Shown: in pieces, positions 63,687 to 64,000 of the stretch
Numbering within the stretch: position 1 is the stretch's first letter
How the letters are laid out: each line of letters begins with the position of its first letter
NCBI GenBank assembly: GCA_038087875.1
Contig: JAXLNO010000366.1
Coordinates: 1-64,000, forward strand
From: Malacoraja senta
Lineage: Eukaryota
Length of the DNA: 64,000 nt
Reading direction: 5' to 3'
The notes under the pieces: generated by a model
Databases searched by the model: none
The model's input: only the letters and a program-made list of their open reading frames with translations
What the model was told of the DNA's origin: nothing
Program-made: the position numbers and the translations under genes

Positions 63687-64000
63687 TAGTAAGATTAAAC
63701 GAGAACTTACCAGTTTGAAGTTTGATCTTTATTTTATGAGGAGTTACGTTGGTGATTACGTGAAGAAGACCCGTCAGGGCGCATGCGCGTCAATCTTCAA
63801 AGCAGCGGTATGAAATCACAGACAACACCATAATTGAAGTAACATATTAAGATGATCAACATGAGAACTACCATTATGACCTTTTTTCTATGAGAGAGGG
63901 TTGGGCGTGGCGGGCACGTAATCACCAACGTAACTCCTCATAAAATAAAGATCAAACTTCAAACTGGTAAGTTCTCGTTTAATCTTACTATTTTACTTCG
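63687..64000 (-). mobile_element. DIRS1-type element (copy 4): right terminus and ICR, interrupting copy 3; runs off the window
   Basis: Nearly identical to 29878-30191. Confidence 0.92.

Overview
Eukaryotic (vertebrate) DNA made almost entirely of nested transposable elements. The V-SINE/CR1 pairs resemble HE1/HER1, which suggests a shark, skate or ray (inference). I found no convincing host exon, tRNA/rRNA gene or CRISPR array. Contents: a Gypsy LTR element with near-identical LTRs but no RNase H, inside a DIRS recombinase gene; four DIRS1-type elements (one complete, one nested in another); a HERO-like restriction-endonuclease LINE inside a SINE head; Rex1-like, CR1, RTE and Penelope retroelements with minimal hammerhead motifs; five Harbinger-type MITEs; a TIR element; and a solo LTR. 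Best leads: (1) non-autonomous retroposons sharing a co-varying hairpin core but carrying four different Rex1-type tails; (2) a HERO 3' UTR with hammerhead core motifs in non-canonical order; (3) small hammerhead-bearing units that appear mobile. Boundaries with TSD/TIR support were read base by base; others are approximate.
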